DNA from: Vicugna vicugna
Lineage: Eukaryota
Direction of reading: 5' to 3'
DNA length: 64,000 nt
NCBI GenBank assembly: GCA_013265495.1
Contig: MU058781.1
Location: 5,273,050 to 5,337,049, forward strand
In this document: piece by piece, positions 1 to 12,714 of the stretch
How positions within the stretch are numbered: the first letter of the stretch is position 1
Layout of the letters: every line of letters begins with the position of its first letter
Program-made: the position numbers and the translations under genes
The notes under the pieces: generated by a model
Told to the model about the DNA's origin: nothing
Seen by the model: only the letters and a program-made list of their open reading frames with translations
The model's database searches: none

Positions 1-510
1 AAATTGTGGGTATGACTTTTGTCACACAGAGTTGTTTAGACTCAAATACGAAAGCCAACAAGGGTTTGAGTGAGTCAAAGCACCTTAAGCCAGCTTAAAA
101 GAGACTGACTTTTTAAGATGCGAAAGGACTTTCTACAGGCAGGAAGCAGGCTGAGAAAGCTGCCCAGCTGCCAGGAAGGTAGGGTGACCAGCTCATTCCA
201 GTTTGCCTGGAACTTTCTTGGTTTTGGTACTGGAAGTCTTGCAGGCCAGGAAAACCCTCAGTCGTGGACAAACTGGGATGACTGGTCACCCTTCCAGGAG
301 GGCACATTCTACAATGCTGTCTGAAGGATCCCCAGACAGGACAGTCAGAAGTCATGGAGAACAGGCAGCTTGGGACTTACTTCCAGGGAGCAGAACCAAG
401 GCTTAATTAAGGACTGTTTCCTGTCCCTTACGGTAGGGAGCCCTGATGGGATTTCAGAATTGCTGTGAGCCCCTGACTGCTGCCATCCTTCCCTGATCCA
501 CCTTGGTTAA
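1..510 (+). mobile_element. ERVL-MaLR internal (MLT1-int-like) fragment, interrupted by MER81
   Basis: ggatttcagaattgctgtgagcccctgactgctg and gggagcagaaccaaggcttaattaagg resemble MLT-int consensus; degraded. Confidence 0.5.
180..293 (+). mobile_element. MER81 hAT-Blackjack MITE, full length
   Basis: TIRs tagggtgaccag / ctggtcaccct, about 114 bp; degenerate TSD caggaagg/caggaggg. Confidence 0.85.
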
Positions 511-1196
511 GAGCAGTGGTTTCATTCGTTTCACACTTTGTGCCATAAAATGTTCAGGCACCATTTGGAACTTTCCCAGGGACCTCTTATGAGCTAAATG
601 ATAGGCCCAGATAGACTACAAAGTGGGGCTTATTTCAGTGGCAAACAGTTACCCAGGGCCCTAGCTTTCCCTATGCAGCAGTAGGGAAACTTGTCAGGTG
701 TTTCTCAAGACGGCAACCTGGAGCTGAGGGCCTGATTCCTCTTTGTTCCTTTTATACCTATGATTCACAGAAGAGAGCATTAGATCAGATTGTTTTGGAG
801 CAATTTAGTATGAACTCTCTCTCTTCGAATTGTTTGCACCAGCCAGCTCTGAGGTGTCCGAGTTGCCTCATGCCTGGTCTGTGTAACGTTTCTCTCAACT
901 GTGTGCGGTCCACTGGTCTAATCTGCAGGGGGTCTGCTCTTACTACCTCTGGTGAGTAGCTGACTCTGCCTCCCCAAGATGCTGTGAACAACGAAGACAG
1001 GAAAAAGGGTTGTATTCCTTAAACGTTGACTTAGTCCCTGGTATGCACTTAGACTCCCTCAATCTACTCTTTAAAATCTTAGGGAATATCAACGTGGACA
1101 TTTCATGTATCCAATAAGACTGGAGATGTAGAAAGAAAGTTCTGGGCTAGAGGGCTCTCTTAGCTGGTTGTATCACCAATTAGTTGGCCAACTGGG

Positions 1197-1573
1197 ATGT
1201 GGTAGAGAGAACACTAGTTACCAAGTCTCATTTCATTCTCTTCTTCCTGAGCACATAGGAGTGTCTCCTCCCAGCCCCTTTATAGTTAGGTTAGGGCCAT
1301 GTGACTGTGTTTTGGACAACTGCCATAAGACCCCCTGTGTCTTCTTCCACCTCTTCCGTGTTCTCTCTCCCCCTCCCAGAGCTACCTTTCAGGACAGCTA
1401 CCTGCCAAGTTTCAGATGGGAGCACTACAAGATGGAAGGGGCTTGGAACGCCTGCGTTATTGCTTGCAGGACAGACTCCCAGGAGAGCTGCCTCGCCTGC
1501 CTTGGACTGTGATGCAGGAGAGATTTAGGGATTGATTATTATACCTACTAGCACTGATTACTCTGATGACTAT
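1197..1573 (+). mobile_element. MaLR LTR (MLT1I/J-like)
   Basis: tgtggtaga start; ctcatttcattctcttcttcctgagcaca...gttagggccatgtgactg; acaagatggaaggggcttgg. Confidence 0.7.
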
Positions 1574-2693
1574 AAAAGGCCAAAGGAATGACAGTGGAGA
1601 CTCCACTGTGCCGTTTTTCCCCTGTGTCAGAGTCAACGACTAGTTTAACATGCCATCACTTCACTGGCACCAGGATTTGTCACACATGTGTGATTGACTG
1701 GCCTCATAGCTTCTGGTTGAAGTTGGGTGGTACAGGGAGGAAGGAGATACTAGGTTGAAGTATGTGTCCGTGAACAATCTTTGTTCAAAGGATGTATCAA
1801 AATTGAGCAGCAGAGGTCAAGAATATAAAAATATTTACATATAAGAATTTACAAACAATGACACCAATAAGGTAACTTCTTTCCTTCTTCCAGGCTTCAG
1901 GACGACTGTGCACATCCTGCCCCCTGGGCGTCTCCCTCCCCATTCCTGTGACTGTTCTTTGTTGGTTCCCAGAGGACCCATTCACAAAGTATGATGCATT
2001 TACTTCCTTCTTGTCAGAAATAAACACTAACCATGGAAGAGTTCACACCAGTCCTAATGGCCCGCTGGGAGTTTTAACGAGCCGGGAAGTCTTGCTGAGG
2101 CAAAGACTTTAAACGTGTCTTAAAGCTCTAATAAGGTCCTCAACAAACAACAGAAATGAACCCTCTTCCCAAGGCATTAACCTGGAAGTATGTCTTTGTT
2201 GCTTAAATTACGATTACACCTTTCCGAGCTACATTTTGTTAATGAGCACTAAATGGAAGTGTTTATCTCAGGAGGAAGTCTTGTTTCTGCCTCTTGCCCC
2301 TGGTGACACACTAAACATACTAATTGATATGAAGCCAGCTTTTAGGAGACAGGAAAGCCCTGAGGCGTTTGCCACACTGGCGACTGTGGCGAGAGCCATT
2401 ACAGGACCTGTCATACCAGGGCTGAAGCCAGGCCACTCTCATTTCATGGCATCCCTGGGGAGCGTGGTTCCGCCGCCGCGCTCTGTGGTTTACATGCTCG
2501 CAGCAAAGAGCTTCCCTCTTGCACTTGGCTTTACTCTCTGCATGGGGACCTTCTGGAGCACTGGAAATACCCCTCTCCTTTACATTTTATGAAGTTTCAT
2601 AGCACTTTTACCCTGCCCCCAGTTTCATCCATTAGAGAGACATTTGGATGTAGAAGACCAGGTAATCGCTTCTTCAAAAATGGGAGAAACTGG

Positions 2694-3008
2694 GCGGTGG
2701 CCCAATTCCTGGGAACCCAGCCCCTTCCTCAGAGTAGTTGGAATGGTCCTTCCATTTGTTGGCGTGTGAAGCTACTGAGCCCATAAGGACTGGCAACACC
2801 GTGCCCCAAGGCCTCTCTCCATTCCTCGCCTCCGGAGCCGGCCTGCACTCTGTGGGGTGCGTATCTACTTTCACTTCGGCCTGAGCACCCGACCCCCACA
2901 CCTTGTGGCTGTGGCCTTTCTCTTGCCTTCTCAAACAGCCTACACTCTATATAGTATGTATCTTTCTAAATAAATCTATCTTTACTCAACAAACAAACAA
3001 ACAAAAAA
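2694..3008 (+). mobile_element. ERV1-class LTR fragment (U3-R) ending in an A-rich tail
   Basis: cctgggaacccagccccttcctcagagtagttggaat...; AATAAA at 2969-2974; (AAAC)n/A tail 2988-3008; flanking aaactgg repeat. Confidence 0.65.
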
Positions 3009-3012
3009 CTGG

Positions 3013-3840
3013 ATAAACTGCAACACAGATGAAGACAAAGGGTCTATCCTTAACCCATACAAATCAAGGAGGAAAAAAACAGTAGGCCAGTTGAAAGACA
3101 AAAAAAAAAAAAAAAGAGGGACATAAAAATATGAAATACCAATGGTCAATGAATATATTCTATTAAACAAAATTTTACCAATAAGTGAGGAAAATAAATG
3201 AGATATAATATAAGTGCCATGAAGAGAAACAGCCCCTTGCCTCTAACCAAATTGGAAAGTATTTTATTTTTAACACTAACATCTAGTGATATTGAGGGTG
3301 TAGGAAGCAGGCATTTTTCAAATCCTGCTGGCCACGGAGCGGAGTAAATTGGAAGACTACTTGAAAATATTTACTCAAGATCTTAAATTTCACTTCTAGG
3401 AATTTATTCTAAGGACATAAATATGAATGTATGTGACTATTTATCTAAGGGATATTTATTGCAGAATTACTTAAAATAATAGAACTGGAAAAATAACCAA
3501 AAGTCTAACTAAACGGGGACTTGGTAAAATAAATTATGTAGCATCTGTGTGATAGAAGGCAGTGTAGCCATTAAAAATGATGTTCTAGAGTGCTTAATGA
3601 CATGAAAAAATGTTACTGACACATTATGTGAAAATGGTGAGTTGCAAAACAATACTACGCCAATTTAGAAAATTAAAAAGAAGTTTATTTACACAGAAAA
3701 CAGATCGAAAGGATACACACCAAAATGTTAGTAGTTATTATTTTAGTGTGATGGGATTTTTCTTTGTGTGTTATGATTTTCTGTATTTTTCAGTGTTTCC
3801 AATACGAGACATGTATTTTTTTTAATAATCAGAGAAAAAA
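3013..3840 (+). mobile_element. Ancient L1 3' portion (L1ME4-like)
   Basis: cacttctaggaatttattctaagg, aaataaattatg...gcagtgtagccattaaaaatgatg, ggatacacaccaaaatgttag, terminal taatcagagaaaaaa. Confidence 0.75.
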
Positions 3841-4619
3841 ACCTTTTTTTTTTTTCTAAACATGAGTTTAGGTGGAAAGTCACTTTCACTAGCTTGGCTG
3901 GCTTGCTTTTTGCTAACCCCTAAGTGGGAATCTGCTTGAGAGTTTAGAAAGAAAGCGAAGAAAATAAAAGAAGTCATTTTGCATTTTGGAGCAATTTGGG
4001 AGGAAACAGGCCAGGAGCTCCAGGGGACCAGGGCTATAAAGTGGCAGAGGGAAAAAGAAATCTAGACAAGATTGTGGGAAAGGCCAAAGACAAATATGCT
4101 TGCATTTGATCCCAATGCTTTACCCTCAAAGTCCAGCTTTTAAAGCCTCAATTAACTTCCTAGTGCCCGTTTGGGAAATAGGCGATGTTTTAGCTCTTTT
4201 TTTTTTTCTTAAAGGTATCCATGAAGAATAGGTCTTACCTTGGGCTCCTACTGGATGGAAGATGTGCTTTTTTCTTTCTCTTCAGTTTTAGAAAAGATTT
4301 ATTAGGAATTGGGAATAATGAGGAGAAGTGACAGTAAATCATTTTGGTTGGAAACCAAATGGAACCAATAGAAAAGACAATTCCTTGTCTCTGCTACAGC
4401 AGATTGAGTTGCCAGCAAGTGGAGTGGATAAGTTGACCTGACAGGGTCCTTTTCAGCCCTGGGGTGATTTGCTTTCCTGGGCTTCAACTTCTCAATGCTC
4501 CAAATTCATTCTGTATGAAGGTCATGTACAAGGTAAGTACCCAGGCTTGACCAGACCTGGATTTCTGATATTACATATGGTGTACACTGAAGATCTCTTT
4601 CAATATGTCAAGTAGTAAG

Positions 4620-4915
4620 CAACGAGATATGAGCAAACTGAAGAGGTCAACAGAGATGAGGCAAGTCTGGAAATCCTGTCCTGTAAGGGATAATGGAAGG
4701 AAACTGGGATTTTTGCCTGGAAGAAAGAAGCTTTAGTGAGCACAGGATAGTTGTCCTCTTCTAATTTAAGATGCTACGAGGAAGATGGAATAGATTCGCT
4801 CTGTTTGGTTTCAAAGAGTAGAAACGAGGACCAGAGGCTACGAGGAGGTTGGTTGTGTTTCAGAATAAGAAAATTCTAACAGGCATAATTGCCCAACAAG
4901 AGGATTTGTGAGAAG
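4620..4915 (+). mobile_element. L3/CR1 LINE fragment
   Basis: tctggaaatcctgtcctgtaaggg...gaaggaaactgggatttttgcctggaagaaagaag...gaggaagatggaatagattcgctctgtttgg resembles the CR1 3' region. Confidence 0.7.
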
Positions 4916-4944
4916 GAGTAAAATCTAGGTGTTTATTTTTGATC

Positions 4945-5270
4945 CCTTATTGCAGGTGGGCTTCCTGGGAGGCAGACTCAGAGATTAGCTGCAGGAGGTT
5001 ATTGGGGAGTGTTCTTGGGATCAATAACTGTGGAAGGGAAGGAAGCAGGATTGTGCAGAGGGAGGTGAGCCAGGGTGCTCTCTCATTGGATGCCTCAACT
5101 GATGCTACAGAGAGATTCTGACATAGGATGGTCTTTGAGAGCTACCCTGAGTTTGAGTGAAAGAGTTTAGCTTTTCTAAGACCTCCACTGCAGTCAAAGG
5201 ACCCAGGCTGCCCCAGGAAGGCAGCATGACCTTGGGAGAGAGATCTCTTCAGCTAAGGAGTCCTTCATGT
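4945..5270 (-). mobile_element. ERVL LTR (LTR33-like)
   Basis: gggcttcctgggaggcagactcagagattagctgcaggaggttattggggagtgttcttgggatcaataactgtggaaggg. Confidence 0.65.
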
Positions 5271-5329
5271 TTGAACGGGGATCAGAGTGGCTCATTACAG
5301 CATTCAGCATGACTTGGGGGAAGGTAGCA

Positions 5330-6477
5330 GTTTTAAACAAGACATAAAAACCTATAAATATAAAAGAAACAACTGATTTGACTATATTAAAAATGAGAAC
5401 ATCTGTTTATCAAAATATGCCATAAAGAAGTTACTTATAATCTGGGAGAAGATTTTAACACAAACAGCTGAGAAAGTATTAATAATATATAAAGACTGCC
5501 TACATATCATTAATGTGAGAATAAACAATACAGAAAGAAAAAGGACAAAAGTCATAAACTGGCATTTTACATAAGGAAAAAAATGTGTGGCCAATAAACA
5601 CATGAAAAGATGTCTAATTTTATTTGTGATTAGAGACGTGCAAGTTAGGTCCACAATGAGATAAAATTTTATACACATTTGATTGGCAAAAATTAAGAAG
5701 TCTGATGATACAAGTACTGGAGGGCATGTGGGTCAACAGAATTTCTTACACATTTGTTGGTAGGAGTGTAAACTGTCATGACTGCTTTGGAAAACAGGTT
5801 GGTATTGCCTGGGAAAATTGAATATTCACATAGTCACATACCATATAATCCAGGGATTCTGCTCATAGGTACACTCTTGCACATGTACAAGAATAGACAT
5901 AGAAGTGCTATTTGTGACAGCAAAATCCTGGAAACAATGCACATGTCCACTGATGAGAGAATAAATAAAATAAGGTGTACGTACACAGTGGAATATTGCA
6001 CAGCCGTGAAAACAAATGAACTACAAGCAGCAGTATCGATGAGTCTGAGCAATTTAATAGTCACTGAAAAAAGTAAACCTAGAATATTAACTACAGTATG
6101 ATGTCCTTTTTATAAAGCTAAAAACTAAAACTAAACAATACATTTTTGGGACACACATATATATGTGATAAACTGGAGATATGTAAGTACAGGAAAAAGG
6201 TAAACAATGTAGGGGTTATCCTGGGTGAGGGAAAGCTGGGGGTTGGGAAGAATAAGGAGCAGAAAGGTAACATACATCAAATTAATGTCAAAACTCTAGC
6301 TTGTGTTGGACGGTAGGCTCATGAGTGTTTATTATATTATTAATAAGTTGAAAAATAAATTATTGAATAAATAAATTTAAAAAATTTAAAAGAGAACCAT
6401 ATTTGAACCAGTGATGAGAGTGTGTCGTGAACCAGGGGTTATGATTAATTTAAATTGTGTATCTGAGGTCCAGAAAA
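5330..6477 (+). mobile_element. Ancient L1 ORF2 end plus 3'UTR (L1ME3-like)
   Basis: ggccaataaacacatgaaaagatgtc, acaatgagata, attggcaaaaattaagaagtctgat; terminal gtgtgtcgtgaaccaggggttatgattaat...ctgaggtcca. Confidence 0.8.
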
Positions 6478-6919
6478 GGAAGTGGAGCAGGAGAAATAGG
6501 AGGGGGAAAAACTCTTCAACTGTTGTTAGAGTGGTTCAAGGACAGGCCACAGGTCCCACTTGTCAGGCAGGTGGTGCTCGTAATTCCCTTTAGAAACCAC
6601 ACAGAAATGGAAGGGGCTGCTGACTGAACTTTGCAGTCATTCCCTTCTCCCAGGTGGAGACCCCAGGACCCTAAAGATAACTGATGGTACATATCCTTCC
6701 ACTCTTCAAATTAGCCTAATGTCCTGCAATAAGTGACCTGCCTGAGTGATATTTTAGCCATCTTCCAGATGGAGACGTGTGACTGTGTTTTAATTATTCC
6801 CAGTTACTTTGCAACAGCAATGGAAAGGCCCTTTAGAGGTTTTATGGGAGAGGGCTCTGCTGCCAACTGTTTAATTCTAGGTCGTAGACCCACCTGGGCT
6901 GTGATGAGAAGTCGCGGGT

Positions 6920-7050
6920 GGTGGACACGGGGCTTTGGGAGGTGGGGAGTTTTCCAATACTGGAGGTATTCAAGCAGAATTAAGAGAAGTATTTGGGGGA
7001 TGTAACTGAGAAGATTTGAACTAAACGACCTTTAAGGCACCTTCTCTCTC
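6920..7050 (+). mobile_element. L3/CR1 3' terminus
   Basis: gagttttccaatactggaggtattcaagcaga...gaactaaacgacctttaaggcaccttc. Confidence 0.6.
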
Positions 7051-7994
7051 AGGGTATGAGTCCAAGTTCAATCCTCTTCCAGAGAGTAGTCACAGCAGAG
7101 CACCCTTTATTTGACTGAATAGCATTTTAAACTCTACCCATCCCCACTCTCTAGGAGCAATTTTGTCATCAGTTAATAACCTGTCCTATTAACTTGGATT
7201 ATAACACTAATTAGATGTCTAGCATATGGGCATTTATGAGCCTTGAAATTAAGGGCCAAGCAATCACAAGGCCAAAATCATTCTTTTATCAAGCTTCTCC
7301 TCTTCCCTGCAACCAAACCCCATATTCACAGAGATAAAGATGAAATAAGAAATGTGTTTGGTATCCTTCATGTATCTGTATATTTCTTAAGATAACAAAT
7401 ACCTTTAACTAATCTTGACAGAGAATTATTCGTTCAGGATATTTTTTTTCTTACAGGTTTTATTTGGCCTCTTGTTTGGATTCCAGGCTTCTCTGGTTGA
7501 GTTCATGATTTGCCTGTCTGATCCGGGAGCACTGTTCATTAAAAATAAATGTACAAAAGAGCTCTGGAGATTGAGGTTTCGTGTTTTATTTGTTGAAAAG
7601 AAAGAGGTCATATCAACTAATCTACTTCAACATATATACATTCAATTCCCAAGTCTCTGAATACAGAGTTTAAAGAAGAGATTACAAAACCAACTCATTA
7701 ACAAGTACTGAGGGAGGCTCCTGGAATGCTTGGGTAAAGCTGGGTTCTACTGAATACAGGCTGACCACCTATGTGGCTCCACTCCGCTTACCATCCCATT
7801 TAGGATGGATCCCAGTGGCATGACTGATTTTGGAATATTTTACGCTAAGAGCCAAGATAGTTTAATTGCATTTACTTAAGCCTTCTGTTTGTACAGTGAA
7901 AATGGGAAGTGACTCTTTACAGAGAAAACTGTGACTTTCTAGTTTCTTCTTTAATATCTTTTCCCCCTTCTATGTAAGATTAAGTATGGGAGAG

Positions 7995-8168
7995 AAAGCA
8001 TGGAGTTTTGAATTAAAAACAAAAAGAAAACGTGCTTCAGACTAGCTCTGTTACTTACTAGTTTCATGACATTGATAAGATATTTCACAGCTTTGAGGTT
8101 GATTTATTTTTTAAAACCAGAAGCATAATTATATTTATCTTATAGGGCTGCATGAGAATTAAATGAAG
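7995..8168 (+). mobile_element. MIR SINE
   Basis: ctagctctgttacttactagtttcatgac...tcttatagggctgcatgagaattaaatga. Confidence 0.65.
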
Positions 8169-10157
8169 CCAGTTATTTACATGTTCTGAGTTTACTTTGC
8201 TCTAGAAACTATTTTAGGTATCTTATAGACAAGGCTGTATTAATCACACACATACACATAACCATACATGTCTCACACAGATGCACATGACTTAAACATG
8301 TACTATTCACAAATGTGGCATAAATTAAAAACACAGATAAAAGTTGAAAGGACAACAAAGGTGGAAGTATAGAATGAAGACAGAGTGAGAATAAAAGTAT
8401 GAGTGGGATAAAATTTGGTTCTAATCCTTAAAGCATCTAGCAAAAAACAAAAAACTAAAAAGGAAATCTGGTCTACAGAATACCTCACAGCATCCATAAT
8501 ATGAAAAAAGAACCAGTTGTGCAAAAGAACTACCAAATATCATTTGTTCCAAGACCAAGAAGGAAATTTTTCCATGTAAAGAAGACAGTGTATGAGGTAA
8601 TGGCAAAATCTTTGACAATGATTTTATAGTAAGTGCTGTGTGTTATATTGATTTTTGATGGCATTACACCAAAGTAAATACAACCAGAAAAACTAAACAA
8701 AATATGTAGAAGTTGCCTGGAATGTGTTTTTAAGTGTCCTGGGAGAATGGATGAACTATGTATCTTTCAAGTCACTTTTCCTAGACAAGACAACATATGG
8801 CAGCGAGCCGGTAACAGCAAAGTGCTGTAGAACTATGCTTAGTCATTCGTCTGGTGCCTCTAACACGCACCAGAAATCTAGCTTGTGTTCATACTTGTGG
8901 ACCCGTCATGATTGCAAAGCAACTCCATAGACATCTTTCTGATAAAGTTGGTTCACAAAGACTTAAATGGTCATATCTGTTAGGAATGCCTGCATTTTTA
9001 ATAAGCAACACTTAAACATCCCAAACCCCTGAAGTGTCAAAGGAGTGGGTCTGTAATGGGAGTGCTTTGTTCACAATGCCCGAAGTGTATAAGGTTTTTT
9101 TTTTCCCCTGGCATTTTGCTATCTACATAAGTGATCACTGACTCCATTACATATAAACTACTTCCCTAGGGAGAGTTCAAAATCCAAATCTAATAAACAT
9201 TTTTTTTTGTTAATTTTCAAATTTTTAGAAAAGTTATCTATTTTACAAGGCAAAAACTTTCATCGACTCTGCATCTTCCAAGACAACTGCTGCTAATGGA
9301 ATGTTGTTCCTAATATGTCCTTAATGATTCCAGGGTGATTTCGCCCTGAATAATCTTACTCTGTTCCCAATAGCAACATGCCATTCGCAACAAGACCTGA
9401 TGGGAACAAATTATTTTCAAATTGATTTTTCTTTTCTGTAAAAAGCACTTACCATTCATTTTATTTAAAAGTTTCTTCTAGTTAAAGTTCATTATTGAAA
9501 AAAAATTCAGTTTCACTCTTTGTGCCATTAGGTAGGAAAATGCTCTGAAAATGAAATAGTTTTCAGGGTCACAAAAGAAAACGGATTCTTCAAATTGGGA
9601 GTTGCTTTGGAAAGAGCTTGCTACCTGGAAAGCTGATCAATACCTTCTGTGCATCAATCCACGAATGTATGATAATCAGTCAGGAAGGGGGCTGTGATAC
9701 TAACCAATTTTATGGAAAGGATAACAATTAGCAAGATGACATCTTTCAGCCTCTGCACTCAGCGTCTTCAGTTCATGGAGGCCGAAATTATTCACCTGAC
9801 ACTCTACACACCCTTCTCGTTAAAAAAATTAGTTACTTTAGACTGATAGAGTCTATGTGTTCAGCTGGAGTTCATGAACGTTAATAATGGCAAAAACCAT
9901 ACCATAACTTGGCTCTATATCTCCTTCTAGGAAAAGAAGTGTTTCTTAGGGGCTGAAACAGTGTCTCTTTCAAGGAGTGTTATGAACGGTTGCAAAACCA
10001 TTAAGCAGGAACATTCATTAGTTGACCAAACTCTTTCTGACCAGTTCCCTGGAGCCTTGGCAGGCACAGAACGAGTCCAGGAAAGGAGTGAGGTTGTGGT
10101 TGGTGATCAAACTGATGCCCTGTTGGGAAGATGCTGAACGTCCCAGATGGGAAGGGT

Positions 10158-10888
10158 GGTGGACCAGCTGGGTTCCAATCAGAAGAGAGAAAGCACACAG
10201 TAATTTAAGCTGGGAAATTTAATGTAAAGAATTATTAAGCTGTGATAGTGTAACCATAAAAATGTAAAGATAACTCTAAAGGGTACCATAGGGCTGAGGG
10301 AGAGCATCCAAGGAAGGACAAACTTGGGAGGGTTCGTCCACAAGCCTGAGGTTCAGACCTCATGGGAGGAGGTAGACTTGAAGCCCCCCGAGTAGCAAGG
10401 AATTTTGCTGGGATGCCGGTTCTAGAGCTTGTCCAAAGGCACCAGGCAAGTAGGAAACAACCCTCTGGGGTGCAGGTAAGTTGGGAGGTGCACAACTTGG
10501 TGGGCAGGTGCACTGTGAGCACAAGGCCTGGATTCCCTGGTGTCCACATTGGGAGGGCCATGGGAAGGTGGTCACTAGGACCAGGCAGGACTGCAAAGTC
10601 ATTGAGGGACTGCAGATATGCAGCTGGGCAGAACACCACCAGCTGTCCCCTCACATGTGCCCCACTAACAGACCACACAATAGGAACAAAAAAGCAAAGA
10701 GCAGTAACAAGAGCCCAGAAGAGAAACCTCCTTCCTCCTGCAGTGTCCTTGCAGCGCCCTCTACTGACAAAGCTTATATCACATTCAATGTAAAGGAGAA
10801 AAACTTAAAAAAGAGTCCAGTCCATTTATGGCAGAGCAGGTACTGAAGGATGCATTTGGAATGAAGAGGCTCATTGATAACTGGCTCA
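10158..10888 (-). mobile_element. ERVL solo LTR (LTR41-like)
   Basis: ggttccaatcagaagagagaaagcacacagtaatttaagctgggaaatttaatgtaaagaattatt at one end, gaggctcattgataactggctca at the other; internal cagcgccctctactgacaaagctt. Confidence 0.75.
10752..10768 (-). promoter_or_regulatory. CTCF core motif within the LTR
   Basis: cagcgccctctactgac (reverse complement gtcagtagagggcgctg) matches the CTCF core; binding not shown. Confidence 0.55.
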
Positions 10889-11442
10889 CTTACGGTGATA
10901 GAGAGCATCTTCCAAAAGTAGTGAGAAGGTAGGAAGGGAGAGAGAACCAGCAGTCCCGCCCACCTCACATGCCAAAGGAATTAGCCTTTGTGCTAATGCT
11001 AATGTACAAATGCTGAGATTTGTAGAACCTGGCTTACATGGATGATGGAATAGACAACAGGAATGCTCTGCTTGGGCAGAATTGTGCAGCCAAGCCTTAC
11101 ATTTAACTAACTGCTTACCAAACAATTAATTTCGTTCCTGATAGGATAAGTGAGTAGGTCCCACCCTGGGTATAGTCATTGCCCCCAACTCCCAAATCAA
11201 TCAAATCAGCCAAGTCAGGGAAGAAATCAGGTTGGCTGCTAGGGGTCAGGTCGATCTTTAAGTTTTCAGACAGCTGATGGAGAATCGATCAGCTAACCTT
11301 TGGCAACAGTCAAATAGGCCCCTGCACCCTGGGACGGCTGTAAGGGAGGTGGAGGGGGGCACAGAGATGGCTCTGACAGTCAGTACTAAAACGGTCTAAG
11401 AATCAAAAATAGTAGCTTATAACACCCCCTCCCTGCGTTCCT

Positions 11443-11456
11443 ATTACCATGGCAAC
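11443..11456. promoter_or_regulatory. RFX X-box-like motif
   Basis: attaccatggcaac, one mismatch from GTTRCCATGGYAAC, in non-repeat sequence. Confidence 0.4.
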
Positions 11457-12714
11457 ATGAGACCGCTCCACACATAGCCCATTTGTAGGCTTTCCTTGAC
11501 ATTTGTCTTAACCCATTTTCAACCTGGATGGCAATGCTAGAGGGAGAGGGAGTGGGCAAGGTGGGGACTCCTACCGGGTCCTCACATTTCCTAGGGTTTG
11601 CAGGACCCCTCACACTTTGGGGTGTGGATTGAGGCCCCAGGTTCCCAGAGGCTGATTCTGCTCCCCAGGAGTGCTCAAAGCTGTGTTACTCTGCCGTCAA
11701 GATATGTTCTAAATGGAAATGCATTTTTAAAATTAAAATAAATAGAAAAAGCCACTGTGGGGGCCAAGAGAACACATGGGAAAATGCAGTGGCTTAGGCA
11801 GCCGTGTGACTGACTGCCTTTGGTTAGGAGCAGAGAAACAGCCAAGTCCGTCTCTCACTGATCACAACAGGCTGCAACTAAATTTGCTGAAAAATAGCAC
11901 ATCTCATGGGTCTTTTCAGTTTTACAGACAGTAAAAATTCAACCAAAAAAAATTTAAATGTGCTTGGTCTCAGTGACTTAGTTTGGGTTCATAAAGTGAT
12001 GGTGGAGAGTTGTGATAATTGTTTCATATAATCAACTTAGATAAATCATTTCAAATTACTAAATCATACATGTGTATGTATCCAGAGCTATCACTTTATC
12101 TATGTATCTTGCATTTCTCAGACTACCCCAATAATTCCTGCCTTCTTCATGAAGCCTTACAACACAAAGTGGGTATGAGCTGATTGAGCAAAAATGTTAT
12201 TAAAATTTGGTTTTGCCAGAGCTTATCTACCAGGTATGGTTAAGAATTTTAAAAGGAATTCCTTATCCAGCCATTAGTAGTTACCAACAGGATGTGGGAA
12301 GCCTTTGTGTGAGTGTGACATTCCACACAGTGACTTCTGCAGTGACATTCTGTTGAATGACAGAGTTACCTGACCGATAATAGGACTTAGTGAGAACGTG
12401 GGGGTTCTTTATAAGTGAGTTACATTTAGAAGATAATTATGTTTGGAAAACTTTCCTGTTTCCAAATTTTATTAAGCCCTGTGGGGGGATCTCTCAGAAT
12501 TACTTGTCTGGAATCATCAATGAATACGAATAAAGGGTAATTCCACGAACAGCCTGAGTATTTCTCTCCTGAGACAGGATGGTGACCCGTGGGTGAGTGT
12601 GCTGTTGAACTTCTGAGCTGCTGGGGGCCAGTGGATACCCAGCTGGAAGTCAGGAGGGTTGCAAAAAAGGCCTATGGGGGGCAAGTTTGAATTGTCACAG
12701 TGCTACATACCATG

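Noticed and set aside
4457..4538. Possible plus-strand exon (ttttcag acceptor ... caag/gtaagt donor); also a strong acceptor near 7456
   Set aside because: Splice-like words alone are common, and the translations match nothing I recognise. A lncRNA exon cannot be excluded without RNA data.
4620..7050. One L3 element split by 2 kb of insertions
   Set aside because: The two pieces seem to overlap in consensus position and 6480-6920 is unexplained, so they are listed separately.
10235..10846. Overlapping 121-147 aa ORFs on both strands
   Set aside because: All lie inside the GC-richer LTR41-like LTR; chance ORFs.
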